From Patescibacteria group bacterium (GTDB lineage: Bacteria > Patescibacteriota > Patescibacteriia > UBA1558 > UBA10009): a stretch of DNA of 64,000 nucleotides. Location: assembly GCA_041662565.1 (NCBI GenBank), contig JBAZSE010000001.1, forward strand, positions 193,084 to 257,083, read 5' to 3'. The position numbers and the translations under genes were made by a program. This document shows, in pieces, positions 36,827 through 45,911 of the stretch (positions within the stretch are counted from its first letter, which is position 1; each line of letters opens with the position of its first letter). Under the pieces are notes generated by a model that saw only the letters and a program-made list of their open reading frames with translations, did no database searches and was not told the origin of the DNA.

Positions 36827-37045
36827 AAAGTTATTTTACCAAATTGGTTTTATTTGTAAATATTGACATAATTCATAAAAGATGGTATCTTAATATATTA
36901 AGCTATTGTTCATTAAATTTTACCTAATATTAGCCACGGTTTTTAGCTTGTTTAAAAAATAGGTTGAAAACCGCGGCTAATGGCAGCTAGCGGCATAAAC
37001 CAGGCATATCCTATAGAGGGTGCGCCACAAATTTAGGAGTACACC

Positions 37046-37627
37046 ATGCAGGTGAATTCTAAAACGTCCGAATTAGATGAAGTATTCGGAAAAGAACTCG
37101 GATTGGTCCACAAGGCCATTGTTAGAGGCCGCAATTTAGGCGCTAACAAGGCATTTTGGACAGCACTCGCCGATGACTCAATTTTTTTCGGCGAAGTTAT
37201 GGATCTTTATAAGAACAGGTCATATTTTGATAACGACCAAAGGAAGTTTGGTTGGAAGCTATTGAAAGACAATAGCGATCTTGCTGAATTTTCGATTGAT
37301 CTTTTTAAGGAGGTTGTACTTCTCCAACAGGGGGAAAGTTCAATCAATGGCCTCGAGATGATTCAGCGAGCTGTAAAACTTAAGGCCAATCTTGGCCAGC
37401 GGCAGGCTGAATGGTTGTTGAAAAACGGAGACAAGATCCCGATCGGGTTGCGCAACAAAATTTTGGTTTTTCCCGAAACCATTTGGCAGGACATCGATGG
37501 TTTCTTCTGGGTAAGTATCATCTACCATAACGGGATGATCTGGAAAATGAATGGTAGATGTCTAAATCAAAATTTCGATGACATCTTTTATCTGGTTCGT
37601 TTGCGCGATCTACCCTTGGCCGCCTAG
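37046..37627 (+). CDS. Hypothetical protein in a stand-alone cassette
   Basis: TTGACA-17-TATCTT promoter, long leader hairpin, aggag SD, downstream terminator. Confidence 0.7.
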   Translation: MQVNSKTSELDEVFGKELGLVHKAIVRGRNLGANKAFWTALADDSIFFGEVMDLYKNRSYFDNDQRKFGWKLLKDNSDLAEFSIDLFKEVVLLQQGESSINGLEMIQRAVKLKANLGQRQAEWLLKNGDKIPIGLRNKILVFPETIWQDIDGFFWVSIIYHNGMIWKMNGRCLNQNFDDIFYLVRLRDLPLAA

Positions 37628-37676
37628 GCACCCTGTCCTTTATCTAGGATATCTGATCCTTGGATTCTTGACACTT

Positions 37677-37738
37677 CGACCGACTGGACTAAATATGTGT
37701 TCAACAACACCTCTATTTAGTCCAGCGGTCGGTTTTTT
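37677..37738 (+). terminator. Intrinsic terminator
   Basis: cgaccgactggactaaat/atttagtccagcggtcg plus T6. Confidence 0.75.
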
Positions 37739-37816
37739 ATTTTGCCTAAATTGTGGTATAATTTTGGGGAAAAGAGGGCGAGGAAGCCCTTTGGTTTTTT
37801 ATTAATTTCAAGCTTT

Positions 37817-38266
37817 ATGGCTAAAAATAGAAAAATTTACATTGGCTCGGATCATGCCGGCTTTAAGCTTAAGGAAGAATTAAAGAAATATTTAAAAACC
37901 CTTGGTTTTGCATGCCAGGATCTGGGCAATACCAAGTTTGAGCCCCTGGACGATTATCCCGATTACGCTACCAAAGTGGCTCGCCAGGTGGTTAAAAATA
38001 AAGGCGCCAACGGCATTTTAATTTGTGGCAGCGGGGTGGGCATGTGCATGGCCGCTAATAAGGTTAGGGGAGCCAGAGCCGTAAACGCCTCTGATGAAAA
38101 AATTGCCCAGGCCTCGCGTGAACACAATCAGGCCAATATTTTATGTTTTGGCCAAAGCTATATTAAACCGGCCTTAGCTAAAAAAATTACCAAAGTTTGG
38201 CTAAATACTCCTTACAGTACCGAAGATAGGCATGTGAGGCGAGTAATAAAAATGAATAAATTATGA
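37817..38266 (+). CDS. rpiB: Ribose-5-phosphate isomerase B
   Basis: IGSDHAG, DDYPD, ICGSGVG, SREHNQAN, RHVRR. Confidence 0.95.
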   Translation: MAKNRKIYIGSDHAGFKLKEELKKYLKTLGFACQDLGNTKFEPLDDYPDYATKVARQVVKNKGANGILICGSGVGMCMAANKVRGARAVNASDEKIAQASREHNQANILCFGQSYIKPALAKKITKVWLNTPYSTEDRHVRRVIKMNKL

Positions 38267-38895
38267 AAAAAATCATTCCCGCCATTTTAACCAACGATGT
38301 AGAAGATTTAAAAACCAAACTGGTTCAGCTTAAAGGTTTGGTTGACTGGGTGCAAATAGATATTATGGATAATATTTTTGTGCCCAACCAATCTATAGGC
38401 GTGGCTGAATTAAAAAGCATCAGCCATGCTTTTAATTTAGAAGCCCATTTAATGGTAGAACAGCCGGAAAAATATTTTCATGATTGTTTGGAAGCCGGTT
38501 TTAAAAGGGTGATTTTCCACGTGGAATGTTGCCACGATTTGGCCATGGTTTTTAACGAAGCCAAAAATTACGGTTTTGAAATAGGCATAGCTTTAAACCC
38601 CGAAACTCCTATTGAACACGTTTTGCCTTTTTTGGATAAAGTCAAATTAGTTTTGTTTTTAACCGTGCATCCCGGTTTTCAGGGGCAAGAATTTATTCCG
38701 GAAGTTATGCTTAAAATTAAAAAACTCAAAGAAATGCATCCAGAAATTTTATTGGCCATTGATGGGGGCTTAAAATTGGAAAATATTCAACTGGCCGCCA
38801 GTTCGGGGGCTGATTATTTGTGCGTGGGTAGCGGGGTTTTTAAAAACGGCGATCCTATTCAAAATCTTAAACAATTAAATGAAGCGGTAAGTTAA
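38263..38895 (+). CDS. rpe: Ribulose-phosphate 3-epimerase
   Basis: QIDIMD..FVPN, EAHLMV, TVHPGFQGQ, IDGG. Confidence 0.94.
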   Translation: MKKIIPAILTNDVEDLKTKLVQLKGLVDWVQIDIMDNIFVPNQSIGVAELKSISHAFNLEAHLMVEQPEKYFHDCLEAGFKRVIFHVECCHDLAMVFNEAKNYGFEIGIALNPETPIEHVLPFLDKVKLVLFLTVHPGFQGQEFIPEVMLKIKKLKEMHPEILLAIDGGLKLENIQLAASSGADYLCVGSGVFKNGDPIQNLKQLNEAVS

Positions 38896-38900
38896 AAAAT

Positions 38901-40901
38901 ATGTCCGATCAACAACTGGATAATTTGTGCGTTAATACTTTAAGAATTTTATCCGCTGAAATGGTAGAAAAAGCCAAAAGCGGGCATCCTGGTTTGCCTT
39001 TGGGCGCCTCTCCTATGGCTTATGTTTTATGGACCAAGTTTTTACGCCATAATCCGGGTAATCCAAAATGGCAAAATCGCGACAGGTTTATTTTATCAGC
39101 TGGGCATGGTAGCGCACTCTTATACAGTTTATTGCATTTAACGGGCTACAATTTACCACTGGAAGAATTAAAAAATTTCCGCCAATGGGAAAGTAAGTGC
39201 CCGGGCCATCCGGAATACGGTTTAACGCCCGGCGTAGAAACCACCACCGGCCCGCTAGGCCAAGGGTTTGCCAATGGCATTGGCATGGCTTTAGGGCAAA
39301 GTATTTTAGCCGCCAGATATAATAAAGAGGGATATAAGCTTTTTGATTACACTATTTACGGTTTGGTTTCGGATGGCGATTTAATGGAAGGCATAAGTTC
39401 CGAAGCCGCTTCATTTGCCGGCAGTACTTTTTTGGGCAAATTGATCTATTTTTACGACAGCAATAAAATTTCCATTGAAGGTTCTACCGATTTAAGCTTT
39501 AAAGAAAACGTTAGTGAGCGTTTTAAGGCCTATAATTGGCAGGTGCTAGAAGTAGCTGATGGAAATAATTTGGCAGAAATAGCCAAAGCCGTTAATGAAG
39601 CTAAAACTGATGTTCGCCCGACCTTAATTAATGTTAAAACCCATATTGGTTTTGGCAGCCCTAAACAGGATAGCGCCGAAGCCCATGGCGAACCATTGGG
39701 GAGCGAGGCCTTAAAACAAACAAAAATTAATTTGAACTGGCCGCTAGAGCAGGAATTTTATCTGCCTCAAGAAGCAGTTGATTATTTTAGGCAGGCAATA
39801 ACGGAAGGAGAAAAACAAGAAAATTCTTGGCAAGAACTTTTTAAAAATTACCAAAATGCTTTTCCGGATTTAGCCAAAGAATTAACCAATGAAAATTTAC
39901 CTGTTGGTTGGGATGCTGATTTGCCTGTTTTTGATCCTGCTAAGGATGCCAGTATGGCCACTCGAGCTGCTTCGGGCAAGGCCTTAAACGCTTTGGCTAA
40001 AAAATTACCATTGCTCTTGGGCGGTTCAGCCGATTTAGCGCCTTCGAATAAAACCTATTTAACGGGTTTTGCCGATTTTACCGATCAAAAGGCAACCACC
40101 GAAGCACGCAATATTCATTTTGGGGTACGCGAACATGCCATGGGCGCAATTTTAAACGGTTTAGCTTTAACCAGCCCCATTATTCCTTATGGCGGAACCT
40201 TTTTTATTTTTACAGATTACTTTAAGCCGGCCATCCGTTTGGCCGCATTAATGAATTTGCGGGTGATATATGTTTTAACTCATGATTCCATTGGCGTAGG
40301 CGAAGACGGACCAACGCATCAACCCATAGAACATTTAATGGCCTTGCGAGCTGTGCCAAATTTATTAGTCATTAGGCCAGCGGATGCCAATGAAACGGCC
40401 ATAGCTTGGCAAACGGCCATAAACAATACCACAGGCCCTACCGCGTTGGTTTTAACCAGGCAGAATTTAGCCACTATTGACCGAACAAAATTCGCTTCAG
40501 CCCAAAATTTAACTAAGGGCGCTTATGTTTTAAATCCGCAAGTTGCCAATCCTGATTTGATTATCATAGCTACCGGATCGGAAGTGGAATTAGCCCTGGC
40601 TTCAGCCGTTGTTTTGCAAGAAAAAAATATCCAAACCAGAGTAGTTAGCATGCCTTCTTGGAGATTATTTGAAGCACAATCGGCAGAATATAAAGAACAG
40701 GTTTTACCGGCCAATATCACGGCTCGTTTAAGTATTGAGGCAGGGTCTACACAGGGCTGGCAAAAATATATTGGTTTAAACGGCATGGCCATTGGCCTGG
40801 ATCGTTTTGGCGCTTCCGCTCCGGCAAAAGTTAATTTTGAAAAATTCGGTTTTACGGTAGAAAATGTTGTGGCACGCGCCCTTAAACTTTTAAATAAATA
40901 A
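38901..40901 (+). CDS. tkt: Transketolase
   Basis: SGHPG, DRFILSAGH, SDGDLMEG, THDSIGVGEDGPTHQP. Confidence 0.98.
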   Translation: MSDQQLDNLCVNTLRILSAEMVEKAKSGHPGLPLGASPMAYVLWTKFLRHNPGNPKWQNRDRFILSAGHGSALLYSLLHLTGYNLPLEELKNFRQWESKCPGHPEYGLTPGVETTTGPLGQGFANGIGMALGQSILAARYNKEGYKLFDYTIYGLVSDGDLMEGISSEAASFAGSTFLGKLIYFYDSNKISIEGSTDLSFKENVSERFKAYNWQVLEVADGNNLAEIAKAVNEAKTDVRPTLINVKTHIGFGSPKQDSAEAHGEPLGSEALKQTKINLNWPLEQEFYLPQEAVDYFRQAITEGEKQENSWQELFKNYQNAFPDLAKELTNENLPVGWDADLPVFDPAKDASMATRAASGKALNALAKKLPLLLGGSADLAPSNKTYLTGFADFTDQKATTEARNIHFGVREHAMGAILNGLALTSPIIPYGGTFFIFTDYFKPAIRLAALMNLRVIYVLTHDSIGVGEDGPTHQPIEHLMALRAVPNLLVIRPADANETAIAWQTAINNTTGPTALVLTRQNLATIDRTKFASAQNLTKGAYVLNPQVANPDLIIIATGSEVELALASAVVLQEKNIQTRVVSMPSWRLFEAQSAEYKEQVLPANITARLSIEAGSTQGWQKYIGLNGMAIGLDRFGASAPAKVNFEKFGFTVENVVARALKLLNK

Positions 40902-40937
40902 TCAATTATTGTTATACTCAAATAATTAAATAATTTT

Positions 40938-41657
40938 ATGGCTACCAAAAACAAACAAAAAGGCAAAAAAGTTGTGGAGTACCAGGGCTATAGGCCCGAT
41001 ACGGCTTTAAAGGTCAGTGATAATGAAATAGAAACCTGGCGGATTTTTAAAATCATGGCCGAATTTATTTCCGGCTTTGAATTTATTAGCAAGTATGAAA
41101 AAGAAGTCACTTTTTTTGGTTCAGCCAGAGCCGGTTTTGATAAAGGTATTTATCAAGAAGCCACCAAACTGGCTTACCGCCTTTCCAAAGAAGGTTACGC
41201 CATTATGACGGGCGGCGGGCCCGGCATTATGGAAGCGGCTAATAAAGGCGCATACGAAGCCGGCGGACCATCATTGGGCGCCAACATTAAATTGCCGGAT
41301 ACTTCCATGGGCACCGAAAGGCGCAACGCTTACGTTAAAGAATCCTGCGTGTTTGATTATTTTTTCGTGCGTAAAGTTATATTATCCATTACTTCGCAGG
41401 CCTACATTTTCTTTCCCGGAGGTTACGGCACTTTGGATGAATTATTCGATATGATCACTTCCATTCAAACCAAAAAAATAAAAAGAGTGCCGATTATTTT
41501 GGTTAACACCGAATTTTGGACACCGCTTTTGGCTTGGATAGATGAATATGTTTGCACGCGCAATAACGCCATTAATAAAGAAGATATGCAAATTTATCAA
41601 CTTGTAAATAATGCCGACGACGCCTTTAAATTAATCAAAAAGCTTTTAAAGAATTAA
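40938..41657 (+). CDS. LOG-family (TIGR00730-like) nucleotide phosphoribohydrolase
   Basis: FFGSAR, TGGGPGIMEA, PGGYGTLDE. Confidence 0.9.
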   Translation: MATKNKQKGKKVVEYQGYRPDTALKVSDNEIETWRIFKIMAEFISGFEFISKYEKEVTFFGSARAGFDKGIYQEATKLAYRLSKEGYAIMTGGGPGIMEAANKGAYEAGGPSLGANIKLPDTSMGTERRNAYVKESCVFDYFFVRKVILSITSQAYIFFPGGYGTLDELFDMITSIQTKKIKRVPIILVNTEFWTPLLAWIDEYVCTRNNAINKEDMQIYQLVNNADDAFKLIKKLLKN

Positions 41658-41661
41658 AATA

Positions 41662-42510
41662 ATGAAAACCAAAATATTTTTGGATAGCGGAGATCCGGCG
41701 GAAACAAAAATTGCGCATGAGTTGTTGGGTTATTTGGATGGGCAAACCACCAATCCCAGTTTGATTGTTAAACATCCGGAGGCGCAAGCCAGGGCGCAAG
41801 CAGGAAAAAAATTCTCTCAAGAAGAAATTTTTGATTTTTACCAAAAAGTTATTACCGAAATTTCAGCTTTAATTCCTGTTGGTTCAGTTTCGGTAGAAGT
41901 TTATGCGGATAAAGATACGAAGGCCGAAACAATGATCGAGCAGGGCTTAAAAATGAACAGTTGGATACCTAACGCTTGGATTAAGTTGCCAATTACCCCC
42001 GAGGGTTTAAAAGCGGCCACGGAATTGGTTAAGCAAAAAGTCCGCTTAAATTTAACTTTATGTTTTTCGCAATCCCAAGCGGCCGCAGTTTATGCCGCAA
42101 CTTTGGGTGCCGGTAAAGGCGAAGTTTTTGTTTCACCTTTTGTGGGTCGGTTGGATGATAGGGGAGAAAACGGTATGGATTTAATTGCCAATATCGTTAA
42201 AATGTATTCATCGGGCGATGGGCATGTGGAGGTTTTATCAGCCAGTGTGCGTAATCAAGAACATTTTAATGAATCCTTGCGTTTGCAGGCCGATATTATT
42301 ACTGCTCCCTTAAAAGCGATTCAACCTTGGGCCCAAGCCGGGCAAATAGTTCCGGGTGATGAATACGTTTATCCTAAGGGCAATTTAACGGCTATACCGT
42401 ATCAAGAAATTTCTTTAACTAAACCTTGGCAAGAATACAACATCCAGCACGATTTAACCGATAAAGGTTTGGAAAAGTTTGCTACCGATTGGAATGCGTT
42501 GATTGGTTGA
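41662..42510 (+). CDS. tal: Transaldolase family protein
   Basis: FLDS, TTNPSL, IKLP, NLTLCFS, SPFVGRLDD, ASVR. Confidence 0.88.
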   Translation: MKTKIFLDSGDPAETKIAHELLGYLDGQTTNPSLIVKHPEAQARAQAGKKFSQEEIFDFYQKVITEISALIPVGSVSVEVYADKDTKAETMIEQGLKMNSWIPNAWIKLPITPEGLKAATELVKQKVRLNLTLCFSQSQAAAVYAATLGAGKGEVFVSPFVGRLDDRGENGMDLIANIVKMYSSGDGHVEVLSASVRNQEHFNESLRLQADIITAPLKAIQPWAQAGQIVPGDEYVYPKGNLTAIPYQEISLTKPWQEYNIQHDLTDKGLEKFATDWNALIG

Positions 42511-42513
42511 TAA

Positions 42514-42596
42514 TTGACAAATTTTAAGGGTTTTGTAAAATAGAATAAATACAAACAGGGTCAAACAGCTATTATTAATGGCTTTGGCCTTTTTTT
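42514..42596 (+). promoter_or_regulatory. Promoter plus AAACAGGGTCAA hairpin upstream of the RelE-like toxin
   Basis: TTGACA-16-TAAAAT; hairpin almost identical to 51731-51773. Confidence 0.6.
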
Positions 42597-42670
42597 ATTA
42601 ACGACGTAGAGCGAGAGAAGCGAAAAGGTAATCTTTTCGCTTCCGAGCCGAGGAGTTAATATGTAATCAT

Positions 42671-42976
42671 ATGAAAATACAGATTTTGCCAGCAGTCAAT
42701 CAATTTGTATTTTCTTTAGACGAATCAATTATAGCCAAAGTTTTAAGAACTATTGATTTATTGGAAAGATTCGGCAATCAATTACAATTACCTCACAGTA
42801 AATCAGTTGGCCACCGCCTGTTTGAGTTAAGAATTCACGGCCGTCAAGAAATCCGTATTTTTTATGGTTATTATGAAAACAGAGCAATTTTGCTTCATGG
42901 TTTAATTAAAAAATCCAATAAAATTCCAAAACATGAATTAAGTACAGCTTATAGTCGTTTTAAAGATTTGACATAG
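42671..42976 (+). CDS. RelE/HigB (Gp49-like) toxin
   Basis: LPHSK..LFELR..IRIFY..LLHG..KKS.KIP..EL. Confidence 0.85.
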   Translation: MKIQILPAVNQFVFSLDESIIAKVLRTIDLLERFGNQLQLPHSKSVGHRLFELRIHGRQEIRIFYGYYENRAILLHGLIKKSNKIPKHELSTAYSRFKDLT

Positions 42977-43072
42977 TATAACATATACGTTATAATTGGC
43001 AATGAGTGAGGAGAGAAAATTTATTTTCTCTCCAAACGAATGAACCAATTATATAAAATATACTTATTTTAT

Positions 43073-43345
43073 ATGGAATCCTATAAAAATTTTAAAAACA
43101 AGCTGTTAAAGAATCCAAATATTAAAAAGGCCTATGATGAATTAGGGCCTGAATTTGCCGTTATTCGGATGATTATAGCTAAAAGGCTCGCCGCTGGGCT
43201 TACCCAAACTCAGTTGGCTAAAAAATTGGGCACCAAGCAATCGGCTATTTCACGTCTGGAACAGGGATCGGCTAATCCATCCCTGGCTTTATTGGTTAAA
43301 CTTTCCAAAGCCCTTAATGCCAAGCTGGAAATTTCCATTTCTTAA
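43073..43345 (+). CDS. XRE-family HTH antitoxin (HigA-like)
   Basis: GLTQTQLAKKLGTKQSAISRLE; toxin-first gene order. Confidence 0.88.
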   Translation: MESYKNFKNKLLKNPNIKKAYDELGPEFAVIRMIIAKRLAAGLTQTQLAKKLGTKQSAISRLEQGSANPSLALLVKLSKALNAKLEISIS

Positions 43346-43375
43346 AAGTATTAAGTTAAGGTGTGAAATTAAATT

Positions 43376-43573
43376 ATGATAAAAAATTTAAAAAATAAGA
43401 AAAATATTTGTAAACACGATTATAAAAATGCAGTACAGGTTGGCAATATTGATTATCAATGTCGTTTGTGTGGAAAATTACTCGATCCATGCGAGTGGTT
43501 TTTGATGAATAGTTTTGAATTTATTGATGTTGATGTAGTGAATAAAAAAATAACAAAAAAACGCCCTAGTTAA
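43376..43573 (+). CDS. Small hypothetical protein with CxH...CxxC
   Basis: CKH and CRLC; AT-rich. Confidence 0.5.
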   Translation: MIKNLKNKKNICKHDYKNAVQVGNIDYQCRLCGKLLDPCEWFLMNSFEFIDVDVVNKKITKKRPS

Positions 43574-43655
43574 AGGGCCTTTTCAACCACGTTCCTATGC
43601 CGGTTGTCCCAGCCACGCCACCATCCGGTGACAGTTCGGAATACAGGTTTTTGTT
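43555..43655 (-). ncRNA. Candidate GC-rich small RNA convergent to the TA locus
   Basis: Minus-strand TTGACA-17-TATCGT (43689..43661); stems AACC/GGUU, UUCC/GGAA, UGUC/GACA; GCCCU/AGGGC-U7 terminator. Confidence 0.45.
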
Positions 43656-43797
43656 TTTTTACGATATAATAACTTATTAACAGTGTCAAACCGCCCTCTC
43701 TGGGCGGTTTTTTGCACCCCAATCCACCACCGCCTGGTCCGCCTAGACGTAGTGCTGGCGGATTGCCAAACCAATATGAAAGTGGTACATTTTATAA

Positions 43798-44154
43798 ATG
43801 AATAATGATCAAAATACCAAACTCATTGAGCTTAAGGATTTCATTGATCAGTTTAGACAAGTCAGGGATTGGCAAAAATTCCATAACCCCAAGGATTTAG
43901 CCGAGGCCATAAGTGTGGAAGCGTCTGAGCTAATGGAATTGTTTTTATGGGGCGATAAACAGGAGTTTACCGATAAGGTTAATAACGATCCTGAATTTAA
44001 AACCAAGGTCAGTGATGAACTAGCTGATGTTTTAATCTACTGTATTGAATTTTCGCTTACCACGGGCATTGATCTATCAACTGCCATTATGGAAAAAATG
44101 ACCAAAAATGCTATTAAGTATCCGGTGGAGAAGGGTAAAAGGGAAGTTGGATAA
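43798..44154 (+). CDS. MazG-like nucleotide pyrophosphohydrolase
   Basis: RDWQKFHNPKDLA..ISVEASEL, DELADV, KNAIKYP. Confidence 0.9.
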   Translation: MNNDQNTKLIELKDFIDQFRQVRDWQKFHNPKDLAEAISVEASELMELFLWGDKQEFTDKVNNDPEFKTKVSDELADVLIYCIEFSLTTGIDLSTAIMEKMTKNAIKYPVEKGKREVG

Positions 44155-44159
44155 GTATA

Positions 44160-44924
44160 ATGGGTTATGAAATTATGGCAAATTTAACCACGCTTGAAAA
44201 ACAGGTACTTGAAAAATTATTCCAAATGAATGGTGGTTATGTTTTGAATTTTTCAGATCGGACAATGAGAGAGTTTTTTAGAGACGATATAGGAATTGAT
44301 ATTTACAATCAAAAATATAACTATTTAAGCGGTTCAAAAGCTAATCGTATGCGTGGTTTGTGGTTAGAGGCAGATGAGAAAACTGTAGGTAAAAGTTTGT
44401 TGAAACTTATTGAATACATTGAAAATGAAATTTTGCTTGATAATTTAAAGCGAGTAGATTTTCCGAACGATAGAATGACCACTGTAAAAAATATTGGGGA
44501 AAAACTTCTTGGAACAAAAATAAAAATGGAAAATAAATCGCAAGCTACTTTTAAAAATGGCAACATAAATATAACCTTACAAAAAGAAGTTTTTGATCAT
44601 GTGCAAAAATTGTTGAATAGCGGGCATTATTTTAATGCCGTAGAAGAAGCTTATAAAATTGTTAGAAAAAAATTAAAAGACATTTCAGGAAAAGAGAAAG
44701 CTACAGATGCTTTTAGTTATGAAAATTGCGAAAAGATTTTTGGACATCCGCCTGTCGATGATGCAGAAAATGATTTTTTTGAAGGTATAAAATTTTTGCA
44801 TATGGCAATCCAGTTTTTAAGAAACGAAAAGGCGCACACGCCAGCTCGTGATCTCGATAAAAATTTAGCCATTCACTACATTTCGCTTGCTAGTTTGGCG
44901 TATGATCTAATAACCAGAAAATAA
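44160..44924 (+). CDS. AbiJ-like N-terminal domain + TIGR02391-like C-terminal domain protein
   Basis: GYVLNFSDRTMREFF...SKANRMR; YFNAVEEAYK...RNEKAH (RxxxxH, HEPN-like). Confidence 0.65.
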   Translation: MGYEIMANLTTLEKQVLEKLFQMNGGYVLNFSDRTMREFFRDDIGIDIYNQKYNYLSGSKANRMRGLWLEADEKTVGKSLLKLIEYIENEILLDNLKRVDFPNDRMTTVKNIGEKLLGTKIKMENKSQATFKNGNINITLQKEVFDHVQKLLNSGHYFNAVEEAYKIVRKKLKDISGKEKATDAFSYENCEKIFGHPPVDDAENDFFEGIKFLHMAIQFLRNEKAHTPARDLDKNLAIHYISLASLAYDLITRK

Positions 44925-44926
44925 TC

Positions 44927-45910
44927 ATGACGAATAAATCATCAAATAAAAACTTGCGTAAGGCAAGCCAAGCAAAGAAAGACGAGTTTTATACCCAACT
45001 TTCTGATATTGAAAATGAGCTTAAGCATTATAAAGATCAATTTCGTGGCAAAGTGGTATTTTGTAATTGTGATGACCCCAAAGAAAGCAATTTTGTCAAA
45101 TATTTCAGCATGAATTTTGAGCATTTAGGATTGAAGAAATTAATCGCCACGCACTATAAAGATGCGAATTTGTTTACTAAAGAAGCGCCATATAAATTGG
45201 AATACACCGGCGATAAAAACGGTAATCGCACACCCGATCCGAGTGAATTCATGAAAAAGATGATTGGTACGGGCGACTTCCGTAGCGAAGAATGTATCAA
45301 ACTGCTTAAAGAAGCCGATATAGTGGTGACCAACCCGCCATTTTCTCTATTCCGTGAATACGTTGCGCAGCTTATCGAATACAGGAAGAAATTTTTGATT
45401 ATGGGTAATCAAAATGCGATTACTTATAAAGAAATTTTTAAATTAATTAAAGAGAATAAGATGTGGCTCGGGCAAAGTCTAAATGGTAAAAATATCTTAT
45501 TTGAAATTCCAGATTATTATGAAAGTTACTACAAAATTATAGGCGGTAAAAAATATGCATTTCCAAAAGGTGTAGTATGGTTTACTAACCTTGATGTGCC
45601 AAAACGAAGTGAAGAAATGGTATTGTACAAGAAGTATATTAAAAAAGATTATCCTACATATGATAATTATGATGCGATAAATATCGACAGGACAGAACAG
45701 ATTCCTCTAGATTATGCTGGAGGCATGGGCGTGCCGATTACTTTTTTACATAAATACAATCCTAAGCAATTTGAGATTTTAGATGGGCTTAATCGTTATA
45801 GTATTTTATTTGGACCCACTAAGGAAACTAGAGGTAAATATTTAGCACAAATAAATGGTAAGCCTATTTATGTTCGAATTGTAATTAAAAACAAGAAAGT
45901 AAAAAAATAA
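44927..45910 (+). CDS. Adenine-specific DNA methyltransferase, M.EcoRI family
   Basis: KKDEFYT, VFCNCDDP, GDFRS.EC, VTNPPFSLFREY, GVPITFL. Confidence 0.88.
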   Translation: MTNKSSNKNLRKASQAKKDEFYTQLSDIENELKHYKDQFRGKVVFCNCDDPKESNFVKYFSMNFEHLGLKKLIATHYKDANLFTKEAPYKLEYTGDKNGNRTPDPSEFMKKMIGTGDFRSEECIKLLKEADIVVTNPPFSLFREYVAQLIEYRKKFLIMGNQNAITYKEIFKLIKENKMWLGQSLNGKNILFEIPDYYESYYKIIGGKKYAFPKGVVWFTNLDVPKRSEEMVLYKKYIKKDYPTYDNYDAINIDRTEQIPLDYAGGMGVPITFLHKYNPKQFEILDGLNRYSILFGPTKETRGKYLAQINGKPIYVRIVIKNKKVKK

Positions 45911-45911
45911 T

